NCBI GenBank assembly: GCA_964036045.1
Contig: OZ038378.1
Location: 55,800,001-55,864,000, forward strand
DNA length: 64,000 bases
Reading direction: 5' to 3'
Source of the DNA: Eutreptiella sp. 'Long Island Sound 2002'
Taxonomy: Eukaryota > Protista > Euglenida
In this document: positions 24,366-35,769 of the stretch, one piece after another
How positions within the stretch are numbered: position 1 is the stretch's first letter
Layout of the letters: each line of letters starts with the position of its first letter
Translations under genes and position numbers: made by a program
Notes under the pieces: model-generated
Database searches by the model: none
Seen by the model: only the letters and a program-made list of their open reading frames with translations
What the model was told of the DNA's origin: nothing

Positions 24366-25089
24366 GGCCGGTGGAGAAATCCCCAGTGAGATAGCAAAGT
24401 GCGCCAATCACCCTGACCTACACCACCAGAAAGACACACATGCGGGCACTGTTTCGGGTATTGGGAGCTAACCACCCTCGCCGTATTATACGGGTCCTCG
24501 AGTGGAAAATAATACACTGCCCCGAAACGGGTCCCTCCAAGAAAGCAAGCTTAAGGAACTCCGCCCATTGTCTTATAGAACGTAGGGCGGAGCCCCAGGG
24601 TAACCTAAACAAGGGTTTACCGAGCGCACCACGCGTGGCCTACCCTTTAATGCGTCATGTGCATGCACAGGTACCATCCACAACAATCATTGTTTGACTC
24701 TACCAGGGGGTGGCCCCTCCTAGGCTTACTCACCTTACCTTACCATGGTCCATGGTCCCCCATCCCTCCAGTGGCGTACAAATAGGCACCTTCATCGGAC
24801 GCGGCCGGCACTTAAGGAGCTCTCCGGTCAAGAAAACATATGTGAAGAACAACAATGGTGATGCACAGTGCACATTGGGCAGGGCATGTGGAGGGAGGAG
24901 GGATGTTAAGGGTGGGGGTTATGTAGCAAAAGATCCGTCAAACAAGGGAATGATGGTGGGTTGGGCACATTGGGAAATGCATCTGGTGGGGTGTTCAATG
25001 GGTTGGGTCTGACCCGACTTTTCCGAAGACGCCTACCAATTGGGTAAGGCATGTTGGCAAAAATCCCTGAGGAGGATCCCGAGGGGCCC

Positions 25090-25235
25090 CCAGATAAATC
25101 CCAAGCGATATCCCGAGCGGCCACCGGAAAAATCCCAAGCGATTTACCGAGCGGCCACCGGATAAATCCCAAGCGATATCCCCAGCGGCCCGCGGATAAA
25201 TCCCAAGCGATATCCCGAGCGGCCACAGAATATAT
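25090..25235. repeat. 34-bp tandem repeat of the same family, 4 copies
   Basis: aatcccaagcg at 25097, 25131, 25165 and 25199. Confidence 0.9.
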
Positions 25236-26758
25236 CCCGGGCGTTTTTTTTCGGGTCGGGGTTTATCCTAAGCATTTTGGCAGTGATGGTTCCGAATCCC
25301 GGCGCGTATACCCGGTTATTTTCGCCAAATGCTGTGGGAAATGGGTAGGGATTTGGACATAAGAAGCAAAGCGATTTGCAACATGTGCTGGTCAGTGTGC
25401 ACCACTGCCTCCTGTGCGTGTGTCGCCGCCTTGGCCGTACCCAACTCTGCTATTTGTCGTTTTCGGCGGATGGTCTGCACCGGCTGTTACACATGTCTCC
25501 TATTTGTCCTTTTCGGCGGATGGTCTGTTACACATGTCTCCTATTTGTCCTTTTCGGCGGATGGTTTGTTACACATGTCTCCTATTTGTCCTTTTCGGCG
25601 GATGGTCTGCGAGGCCGGAACCTGTCCTTTTGCGTTTACACATTTTGGCGGATGGTCTGCACATGCTGTGCTTTTGGCGAATGGTCTGCACACACGAATG
25701 ACCCTGCACCCTGCACCCTACATTGCCTCAGGCCCGATAGCATACCTTATACGCTGGGTTGTCCTTATGAAACCTCGACATTAAAACTTTTTGGGCTCAT
25801 ATGTGGCCCTTGCCATCAAAAAGGGGAAAGGCTGCACACAGGCACGGGACAAGAGCACAACAGCTACCCCTGCCTTCCCCTTCCCTGAAAAGTACCTACG
25901 TTAAAATACGTGATGCGACGTCTTGCTCGAGGGGGGCCTTCTGCGGGATTTCGGTTGTCCTCTCTCCGTCCAGGAATGTCCATGAGGGTAGGATATCCCT
26001 TGGGGGGGCGGAGTGCCCTTGGTCGCGCGCGGGGGGGGTGGCGCCAATGGGGGGTTACCGTTCATGGGTTGGGGGTTGACGTTCCGAAGGGGCAGCAGAG
26101 ATGTCCTCCAGTGTGCGGCCATCTGCGTGAGGGATGGCTGACTAGGGGATTTGACTATGGGTTCTATGATGTGTGCTGTGGTCCGGGGAATCTGGGGTAG
26201 AGCAGCTGGGCGGTGGAGGTAGTATTCCCTACGCATCACACGCAAGGCACGTTCCTCACTGCGTGTCACAAACGAGGAGCGAGACACACGCATCCCCTGT
26301 TCCCACAGAAGCAGCGGGCCTCGGCGCTGCACTGCAAACGAGTAGCTCCTAAGATTAAACATCAAAAGCTGCTCCCATGACGGGTATTTGGCAAGGTGTG
26401 TGCCGTGAGAGGTAGTACTGTGTCCGGGGGGTGATGGGGTCTCCTAATGTGACTGGTTGTGGTGTGGGGGGGTGGGCAGGCACAAGGCGCGGCCCGCGGA
26501 CTGGGGACGACAACAGGACCGGGGGCGGTGGTGAAGGAGCTGGGGGCGGGGGGGGGGAGAATGGGGGGTTGGGGCGACCGCCACGTGTTCAAATCTTTCT
26601 CAGTATCGCTATCCCAGTAGGGCTCAACAAAATCGCCGAACTAGAGCAGCTCCGGGAGGTGCCCCCAGCCCCCTTCTAGACTGCCGTCCGGGAGGAAGGG
26701 AAGGCATTGCGACATGTTAAAAACGTGAGCCATCCTAATTGCAAAGCAGTGCGAAGCG

Positions 26759-27889
26759 TCAGGGGATGGTTTGCACAGGCACCACAAAGCACCACAAATA
26801 CCTAACCCTAGGGATACTTCTCTTTGCAAAGAACCGCGCGATGCCCAAAACCTCTGCAGGCCGTTTGCGCACGACGACTCCCTCTGGTGGTGCGCGGCAA
26901 AGCGCGAACTCAATTGCGTACAGCCCCCCATCTGTCTCCACGATCGGGTCTACTGAGGTATCAAAGGCATCCTCAGCCGGTGCTCTAACATGTCGCAAAA
27001 ACTGCCCAGGGCGCATTTCGTCGTCAATGGTGACGTGCTCGGCCACATCGAACGTGGGGGCATGCAACCCCACAATTTGCGCGCCCGACGTACTAACCAC
27101 ATAGGCACCAACCATATCCGCAAACGGGTCACACACAATAAATCTCAAGTACTCATTTTTTGAATGCATGGACAGAAGTACTGGCATAGTGTCCACCACG
27201 GTTTTGCTCCGTGCACGCTCGACCTCCGGACATGAATCGGCATATGCAAGCACCAGAGCATGGTGGAAGGCCATTTGCCGGATGGCCTTGTTGAGGGCAA
27301 AAGCTGCCTTGACGTGCTCCGTAGCATTTTGTGGCGGGATGGGGAGCTCTTCGGGGGGATGCTGTTGGAGGACTTTCCAGGCTTTCCACCTTTCCCTCTG
27401 CTCCTTGGGGGCCCCTTCTGGCGGTTCCACCCGATCTTCCGCGGTGGGTGCACGAATTTGTAGATGTCGGTACACTGTCCCAAAGCTGCCAACGTAACGG
27501 CTAGGGGTGGTGTCATCCCTTGCCTCGGCGGCAGTGCGGCGCGGGACCCCCAACCGGGTGTTCACGGCTCTCATCATGACCGTGTCCTTGGATTTCAGCT
27601 TTTTGAAAAGACGCGCAGACATCATAGCCTCCAAAAAGAGGCGTGGCACGTGTGGTTGCACGTAGCGGCCGGCGTGGGGGGTGAAGCACAGGAGGGCGAT
27701 GGCCCATTGCAGCTCCGCGCGCAACACGTAGTTGGGGCGCTCCTCCACCGGCACCGCGTCCACATTGATTTCCTCCGTGTCGAAAAAGTCATCAGGGGGT
27801 GATGCAGAGCTGGCACTACCACTCGCACTACCACTGGCGGGGCTGGGACTGAACGTGTCACTAGCGGATGACGACATTGCTGCAAACAA
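26759..27889 (-). CDS. Uninterrupted 376-codon ORF of unknown function; decayed continuation to about 25900 with weak SET-like motifs
   Basis: Protein-like composition. The likely ATG at 27877 is preceded by a polypyrimidine-CAG acceptor (ttctttgtttgcag-ca-ATG). It ends FFAKRSIPRVRYLWCFVV and continues *RFALLCN*DG...ELL*FGDFVEPYW. Confidence 0.55.
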   Translation of the reverse strand: MFAAMSSSASDTFSPSPASGSASGSASSASPPDDFFDTEEINVDAVPVEERPNYVLRAELQWAIALLCFTPHAGRYVQPHVPRLFLEAMMSARLFKKLKSKDTVMMRAVNTRLGVPRRTAAEARDDTTPSRYVGSFGTVYRHLQIRAPTAEDRVEPPEGAPKEQRERWKAWKVLQQHPPEELPIPPQNATEHVKAAFALNKAIRQMAFHHALVLAYADSCPEVERARSKTVVDTMPVLLSMHSKNEYLRFIVCDPFADMVGAYVVSTSGAQIVGLHAPTFDVAEHVTIDDEMRPGQFLRHVRAPAEDAFDTSVDPIVETDGGLYAIEFALCRAPPEGVVVRKRPAEVLGIARFFAKRSIPRVRYLWCFVVPVQTIP

Positions 27890-28379
27890 AGAACCCTAGG
27901 GGGGGGGCTCTACCCATTACTTCGCAAATGAGAATTCCCATGCAAATTGTACGCTCTGCTTTTTTTGTGGGGGGGATCGGGCTCTACCCATTACTTCGCA
28001 GATGCAAATTCCCAAGCAGATTGATGTCTCCCGATTAGGCCACTTTGGATACACACACACCAAGGCAAGCACGACAGAAAAAATGGCAAGCAGTCAGCCG
28101 AAGGTGGAGTACATCCAACATCGGCACCCACCAAGAAGAACCACATACTAGAATCACAGCCGACCTGGACTTGGGCGGACACGGGACCTCGTCGGTGAGC
28201 AACAGTATCATATGTTTCCATAGTCCGCCATCCCTCCACTGCCATACCAATAGGCACCTTCATCGGACGCGGCCGGCACTTAAGGGGCTCTCCGGTAAAA
28301 AAAAAACACCTGTGAATAGAGGGAATGGTATAGTGGGAAAGGCAGGGCAGCATGTTCACCCACCCCGGGGAGGCCGAGA

Positions 28380-28640
28380 GCGGCCTGTTTTGGTGGCCTG
28401 TTTGGGTGGCCTGTTTTGGTGGCCTGGTTTGGTGGCCTGTTTTGGCGGCCTTTTTTGGTGGCCTGTTTTGGCAGCTCTATTGAGGTATCAAAAGCATCCC
28501 AAGCGGGTGCTGAAAAACGGTGCAAAAACTGGCCAGGTCTTATCTCGTCCCCAATGGTGACGTGGTGGCCTGTTCTGGCGGCCTTTTTTGGTGGCCTGTT
28601 TGGGCGGCCTGTTTTGGCGGCCCGTCTTGGTGGCCTATTT
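28380..28640. repeat. 13-bp minisatellite (ggcctgttttggt) enclosing a ~90-bp paralogous piece of the 376-aa ORF
   Basis: Anchors at 28382, 28395 and 28408. 28480-28570 encodes HVTIGDEIRPGQFLHRFSAPAWDAFDTSIE, versus HVTIDDEMRPGQFLRHVRAPAEDAFDTSVD at about 27.0 kb. Confidence 0.9.
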
Positions 28641-28814
28641 TGGTTTAATGAAACGATCAACACGAACGCAATGCATACGTGTGAAATGATAGGGACATAC
28701 CTAAGAAGCTGCTCCGTGCTTTGACAACGCGGTCGTCCTGAACCACTTTGCCTTTTAGCGATTTGCTCCAGCAGATAGGCGTGCCATGCAAGCGCTTGAC
28801 AAGGACACAGCTAG

Positions 28815-29290
28815 GGTATCAGACCTTGCATGCCAGCCCCCCATCCTAATTCGTGTGGGTACCTTCCAATCATCATTTGCTGCCAGCAGAGGTATCAGAC
28901 CTTGCATGCCAGCCCCCCATCCTGATTTGTGTGGGTGCCTTCCAACCATCATGTGCCGCCGGCAGAGGTATCAGACCTTGCATGCCAGCCCCCCATCCTA
29001 ATTTGTGTGGGTGCCTTCCAATCATCATGTGCCGCCAGCAGAGGTATCAGACCTTGCATGGCAGCCCCCCATCCTGATTTGTGTGGGTACCTTCCCACCA
29101 TCATGTGCTGCCAGCACAGGTATCAGACCTTGCATGCCAGTCCCCCATCCTAATTTGTGTGGGTGCCTTCCAACCATCATTTGCTGCCAGCAGGGGTATC
29201 ACACCTTGCATGCCAACCCCCCACCCAGATTTTTCTGTGCAAACTCCAAGCACCTTCCGCTTCCGACGGAGGTGGCAAACCTTGCATGCA
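28815..29290. repeat. 76-bp tandem repeat, about 6 copies
   Basis: ggtatca anchor at 28815, 28891, 28967, 29043, 29119 and 29195. Confidence 0.95.
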
Positions 29291-29739
29291 ATATCGCAGG
29301 CACCTAAGAAAGAGAGCCCGTCTTCTGGATTTCCGAGCACAATTTCCGAGCACAATTTCCAAGCGTCCTCCGGTACCCGAGCGTCGTCCAACCTTGCATG
29401 CAACATCGCGAGCACTTCCGCAACCGTGGACAACACCAAAATTTCCGAGCACTTCTAGAACATGGTCTACCATGGGTCACCGTTTTTGGCCCAACGAGTT
29501 TGGACTCGGGCCCTAAGAACTCTACTAAGGGCCGGGGTATCCAAGAGTCCACGGGGAATCCACAAATTGCTAAGCTGTTGGCAAGGCAAGAAAAAATTTC
29601 AAGGGGATGGGTTTTGCGACATGCGATGGCAAAGATGACTTGAGAACGGAAACGTGAAAAACGGGGGACCGGCGGGGGGTGGCGGGCAAAGTGTCTCGCC
29701 ACGCCAGTGGTCCCAGCCTGTGGAGCGCATGCATAAGAT

Positions 29740-30025
29740 CCTTCATCAAATTGCCGCAGCGCAAGGGGCAGCGCGTGGTCCACCTGCTGCAGTATACCAC
29801 CGCATTGTAAGGGCACGGGGTAGGGGGCCTCCTTTATTACACTACTCGATGCAATGGGGCCGCGTGCAGCGGGTATACTTTGGTACATCGCTGCACCACC
29901 AGAGGGTTGTGAGCAGTGGGCCACCGTTGATACACTGCCGCACCGCTGATGGCAGTGGGCAATGAGCCGCCTCCTTTTGAACACCGGCACATTATAGAGG
30001 GCAATGGGCAGTGGGCATGATTCAG
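29740..30025. repeat. Highly degenerate remnant of the hairpin satellite
   Basis: gatccttc, ggcagtgggcaatg and acactgcc motifs. Confidence 0.55.
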
Positions 30026-30044
30026 ATCATCGGCGCATCATTAC

Positions 30045-30965
30045 CTAGACGGTGATCGCAGCTCATGAAGCGCAGATGGGGGAGGGAAGCCCCCGATGGT
30101 GCGGGCCCACGGGCTGGCCGAACAACGCGTCCCAACCAGCAGGTGGTAGCAGCTCATGAAGCGCCTATGCGGAGAGCAGCCCCCTATGGCGCGGGCCCAC
30201 GACCTGGGGGTCAGGAAATCCCACGCATCTGATGGTCGCAGCCCATGGTGCGGCTGCGCAGAATGGTAGCACGCAGTGGCGCAAGCCGAAGGGCTGCGGG
30301 GACACCTTGACGGTTGTTGTAGCTCATGGAGCGCCTGTGGGGGACGGCGGCCCGCAGTGGCACTTGGCCCACGAGGTAGAGGGACGCGGAGTATGGGGGG
30401 ACGGAGAGCCCCACTAAGCCGGTGGTCGCACCTCATGCAGCGTGTGTGGTGGGGGGGGGGGGGGGACGGAGTGCAACCACGGGCTGCGGGGGGACAGGAA
30501 GTCCCACCCAGCGGGTGGTCAGAGGTCATGGAGCGCTTACGGTGGACGGCAGCCCCAAGTGGCACGGGCCCGCGGGTTGGGGGGACGAGTCCCACTCAAC
30601 GGGTGGTTATAGCCCACGGTGCGCTTGCGGGGAAGGGCAACCCGCAGTGGATCGGACCCACATGCGGGGGGAAAGGGGAGTCCCATCGAGCCGGTGGTCG
30701 CAGCTCAGGAAGCGCCCACGGAGGACGGTAGCCCCAGGTGGCGCGGGCACCTGGCCCATGGGGACGTGGAGTCCCATCCAACCGGTAGGCGCAGCCCACG
30801 GTGCACTGGCGGGGAAGGGTAGCCCCCTATGGCATCGGCCCACAGGCAAGGGGGACAGCGAGTCCCACCCAGTCGGTGGTCGCAACTCATGGAGCGCATG
30901 CGGGGGAGGGCAGACCCCTATGGCGGGCCCAAGGGCTTGGGGGGTGTTGGACAGGGAGTCCCACC
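30045..30965. repeat. Diverged ~90-bp GC-rich tandem repeat related to the 52.6-53.8 kb array
   Basis: Recurring ggggggac..gagtccca....ggtggtcgcagctcatggagcgc...cagcccc units. Confidence 0.8.
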
Positions 30966-33749
30966 CATGTGCCCTTTGTTAATGGGCGGTACGGTTCCTT
31001 TTGAACCCGCCTTGAACCTAATGTGAATGTGGCCGTGTTTTGCCATATATTTTTCCGCCCCTCTTGCAAGGTGGTTATGTGCCCAAAACTTCTAGAAAAA
31101 GATTGCGTAGGGTACTACAAACCAGAATGACCTCTCCTTGATGTTGATTGCCCCCATTTCTCTTGCATTCACATGGGTCCGAACGTGCAACCTCCCTATA
31201 AGCTTGTGAATGCAAAACTAATGTGAATTTCGCGCGAAATTCGAGACAAATTCACAAGACTTTCGGTGAATTCCCACATTCCAAGACACAAGACAACATG
31301 GTATGCAAAACAAGAGATACCATTTCGTGATATAGTTCCTATGCGAACGCCCCGTCTTCCGGGCCCAGCATCGCTGCTACAAAGTCTCCACATGGCCTAG
31401 GTCACTAAGTGCCTTTCGGCGTGCTCGAGCAGCAATGAGTCGCAGACTTATGGGCCTTGACTGCGCATAGTCCACCTGCTGGGATCTCATCCCTTGCCGC
31501 GGGAACTATCATCCATGGTGTGGTTATCCAAAACCACTAGCAAATCCATCCCGCCCCGCAAGAGGCTTAGGCCCCCACTATAGCGCCACATGCGCTTCAG
31601 GCGCCGGTGGTTCCCCTCCATTGCAAAACATGCAAATTTGGAGAGGATTACCCACTAGCGAGCAAAAAAATACATGTGGTCTATCCACAAGTGGGACCAC
31701 AAAGATTTCTGCCACTACAATTGTAGATGGGCTTCACCCAAGGTAATACTATACTCCCTCAACCGCTTCAGGTCACCCCTAGGTAGCCACCTTATCTACC
31801 ATGCGAAAACACACATGGCACTACAATTGGTCCACCCCTTTCGGCATACGTCAACCCACATTTGTCGTGCTAGACGCACCCGGCCATCACCCCCCTATGG
31901 ACACACTCATCTATCATGGTTTCCCACCGCTTGTCCCGCATGAGGTGGACTGCTGCAACACACTCCAGCCGGATCTACCCATTTTTGTTGGCCCCCTCAG
32001 AATTTACAATGCCTCGCGTACATGTTTTGGCCCCTACCCGGGCCACGTTTAGGATAGGTTGGAGGAGGATGCACGCCACCACGGCGGGCGACTTGCCAGT
32101 GGCTGCCAATACAGCATTCCTCAAACCATAAATACCACATACACAAACCCGCATAACACCATGCGACACGTAATCGGGGACGCGGTGGCGGTTGAGATGT
32201 GCCGGTAAACAGACGGGGAGGTTGGTCCCACATCGCTTTTATTGTTTGCTTGGTTCCAAAATTGGCCAAGCAATGAGCCCCATTAATACCACATACACAA
32301 CACACAATTGAGTGTGGGGACTCTGCCTTCCGGTCCTTTCCAACTAATTAGTAAGATTTGCTCTGTTCCATCGCGCAAAGGAAAAAGAGGCGTTGTTGTG
32401 TTGCCCCTGCAAGGTGTACAGCGATGACGTTGCTTGCATCAACCAGCTCTTGCTCGAAATTCGCCTCTTGCCCCAGTGCATTAATTGAGCTCCACGGCTC
32501 ACATCCTCCCATTAGCCATTGACTTGCCACGTCATCAGGACTTCTAGTACCCCCTATTGTGCAATGCACGTAGCCGGCTTGTGCCAGTTGGTGCCGTCAA
32601 AGACTATGGCAAGCCAATGGTACTGGGCGGGTCCAGGCTACTGTACATCTGTGAGAGGCATGGGGCAGCACTCGTACACGAACGTCCCCCGTGCGGGCAA
32701 GGGGCATGCTACACCAGGGTGTTGTGGACGTCACGGCATGTTACGCCCGTTGCCAACTGCAGTGTCACGTATTGGGCCTCCATCCGCCATAGGTGGAGTG
32801 ACCGAAAGGTTCGTACCACACAAACGGTCCTGTCCTATATGGCCAGTTCCGTGGCTGACCCCGGTGACGCGCTACCCCTCTCGGGGGTTAGCAGTATCCG
32901 CCCCGTTTCCGGGATAAGGTGGCATGTGCAAGGGACTCCCAACTCGTTCGCTACTACCGTCTCTAATGACTTCAGTATGCGGTGGATGTGGCATGAGCAC
33001 CGCATGGTGTGGGAGGGACTAGGGGCCTTGCTAGCAGTTCCGCGTTGCATTGTGCACAAGCTGAACAACCGAGGATGCAATGAGGGTCACTTTCACAAAA
33101 TCTTGGACGTCTGCAGTGCACGAATACTCTTTAACACAACCACCCGGAACCATGGTTCCACTGTACGAAAGCTCCTGGAGCGAATAGAAATATTGCCATT
33201 AAATTCGCCGGAAATTGGCACAAAATTCACATCCACAGCCACATAACATCACACATGTCAATATGCTATGGATGCGAACTTCATGCGAATTTCACACGAA
33301 TATGGTTCGCATACATGGATACCATAGTGCACGTGAATGGCTTGCTGCGTTGCGTCGCCACGGGCCTCACTGGCCTTGGCTGCCTGTGGCCAGGCTACCG
33401 CCCCCCCTCCTCTAGCCGGCCGTCCCTTGGCCACTCTGTAGGCTTCGTGCCCCTCCATAGGACCAAGCATCCTAAAAGTGGTGTATGTTGCTCTTGCTGC
33501 TACACGGGCGGGGGGGCGCATGTGACTCCAAAGCAAAAACCCATGTGAGGCAAATTGCTCGCAAATGGCGTGTTGGGGCTCCTCGTTTCCAAATGGAACC
33601 CAACAAGCCCCTCCGCCGCAGCCCCCTTGCGGTCTCTGCTTACCCCATCCATGCCTATGTCTCTGCTCCCAAAAAGCGAACTCCCTCGGGGTTGGTGGTT
33701 GTTCGGGGGTGGGGTGGTCCGCCATCGAATTGGCCTGCTGGGGGGAGTG

Positions 33750-35769
33750 CAGCTTCTAAATAAACACCATCCAAGAGCCATTTGACTAGTGGCTAGTAAC
33801 TTGTCTATTTTGGTCAAAAGATTTTACCCTTTTTTTTAAACAAATTGTGTACAAAAATGGTCATTTTGCAGATGCTTGGCTCCTTACACCTATTCCTTCA
33901 TGTGTCATAGGACACAACTTTGTTCTATGTGGCTAGTACCATTGAGGTCTGTATAATTCTCTACTACATGTTTAGATATGTTTGTATGTCTTCAATTTTG
34001 GTACAAAGCAAATCCCATGCTGTTTATTCTTGGATGTTCCCAATCCTTGTTTATTGTTCGGACCTTCATTACACTGCAAATGGTTGTATGGCGGCCTTAA
34101 AGGCCAGCTCGCATCTGTGACACGATGCGTGATATGGCACCAGCACATCATACCGTGCTATCTCCTTCTGCAGGTCGCCGACGATGTGGATAATCCCACC
34201 ACATTTGCCTTGAACCACACTGGCCCCATCCCCACAGTAGAAAAAGAGCTTACGGATCCAAACATCAAGATCCACGTCTGCATGGGCCATGGCCCGTTTC
34301 AATGCAGTGACTATTCTTGGAGCGGTGCCGGAGAGGAGGGGTTGGCAAGTGAAATAATTGGTAGCCATCACTCCATCAACCACGGCACGAACTTAAAAAA
34401 GGTCTTCCTTCTTTACTGCGCGGTCCGTGCACAAGTCTCATGCGATGGAGAAAAAAGAAGACTCCTTGATTACTAGACCAAGGCCAAGGACACAAAGTGT
34501 GAGCCTGACCGTTGGTGATACTTAAGGGAGCACAGCATGAAGTTTGAAGTACCTTGCATGAAGGGAACATGGTGGCCAAGTTGAGGGGACTGCTGACATG
34601 CAATACACCACATTTTGTTCCTAGTAGCATCATACCTTAGCCAAGACCGGGTAAGAAGCCACTCCCTTTTGAACTGCCATTTCTTGGGGGAGGGGGGGTT
34701 AGACGGCCGGCACCTCTCAACACAGGAGGTGCAAATACCATCTGTGGTGCACCCTGGATGCACGCGGAAATGACACTTGTCACATTCCACATCAGGCGTG
34801 GACACTTCCTGTCCAAAGGCATGGCAAGTGCACGACAAGCAGTGCACGGTTGCTCCAACCATGGTCATGCACGCCTCATCTACCACCTTGTGGCACCTCT
34901 GACAAGAATACTTGGTGCGGCAAATGTTTGCACCACAACATGCACACCTTACCGGAACACGAAGAAAAGGAAGTAGGGAGGGGGGGGGGGCGTGAGGACG
35001 ACGGAGGCGGGGCAGCCGATGCGCCTGAACTAGACGCCGGCTTCTTCAGGGCGAAGGCCCAGCCATCACGCGCGCCATCCGCCTTGGCGGCGCGCATGAC
35101 TTAGGTGTGGGCCAAATTCGTCAACGACCCACCGTCACGGGAGTGCAGGTACCGGAGGGCAGCCGAGGCATTGTTGAAATGCATCCAATCGGCACCCTCG
35201 GGAGCGACCGGACCAAGGCGGCGCATCCATACATCACCACCCATCCTGAGATGCGAGATAGGAAAAGAAGGTCCGAAGGGTGAACAAACAAGAAGACCAG
35301 AGATCATAATTCTTCTAGCAGAATGGACAAACATAGGAACCACCGAAGTTCATGCTTTGTCCATCTATGTATGGTAATGCGCACGGACATGCGGTGAATT
35401 AGAAGCGAGAAGGTTGTTTATCTTGCGTTGGCGCTTGTTGTTCTAATGTGGACCTACAAATGCTATCCGTCACGAAGTGTCAAGAGGCACATGTCCCTAA
35501 CCTCTTTGTTGTAAGTGAACGAGATGGCTTTACGCAAACTAATTTAAATGACACCTACCCAAAATGACAACTTGCAAGTGAATGGCACAACAAGGCAACC
35601 CAAAACCTTCCCCAATGCATGCAACAACATGTGAAGACACCGCTAAACATCAATAAACATCAATAAATAGTGATTCTCGCCCAAAAAAGGGTTTTTTTGG
35701 AAAATAAACGCATAAACGCGATTATTTTGACGTTGACTAGCGACTGGAATAGCACTTAATTATGGGCTG
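33750..35769 (-). mobile_element. hAT DNA transposon (internally deleted)
   Basis: 8-bp TSD ggggagtg at 33742-33749 and 35770-35777. Imperfect TIRs cagcttctaaataa / cagcccataattaa match 10 of 14. Confidence 0.85.
34069..35343 (-). pseudogene. hAT transposase pseudogene: NUMOD1-like HTH, two PHD-like fingers, TTF zinc finger and partial DDE core
   Basis: TTF: KWQFKREWLLTRSWLRYDATRNKMWCIACQ...GTSNF...LKYHQRSGSH. D1 region: FFSIA*DLCTDRAV. D2: CGDGASVVQG. CxxH: YHASCHRCELA. Stops and frameshifts are present, and the C-terminal half is missing. Confidence 0.88.

Noticed and set aside
28815-29290. 76-, 86-, 34- and 47-bp arrays as CRISPR arrays
   Set aside because: The units repeat in full with no unique spacers, there are no cas genes, and the context is eukaryotic.
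29640-29728. CAGGCTGGGACC (minus strand, ending at 29720) as the hAT-like terminus of the large element
   Set aside because: I did not find a matching inverted end or a second copy of the would-be TSD tggagcgc upstream.
32557-33246. 229-aa plus-strand ORF as a real gene
   Set aside because: No recognisable motif; the opposite strand looks more protein-like though decayed.
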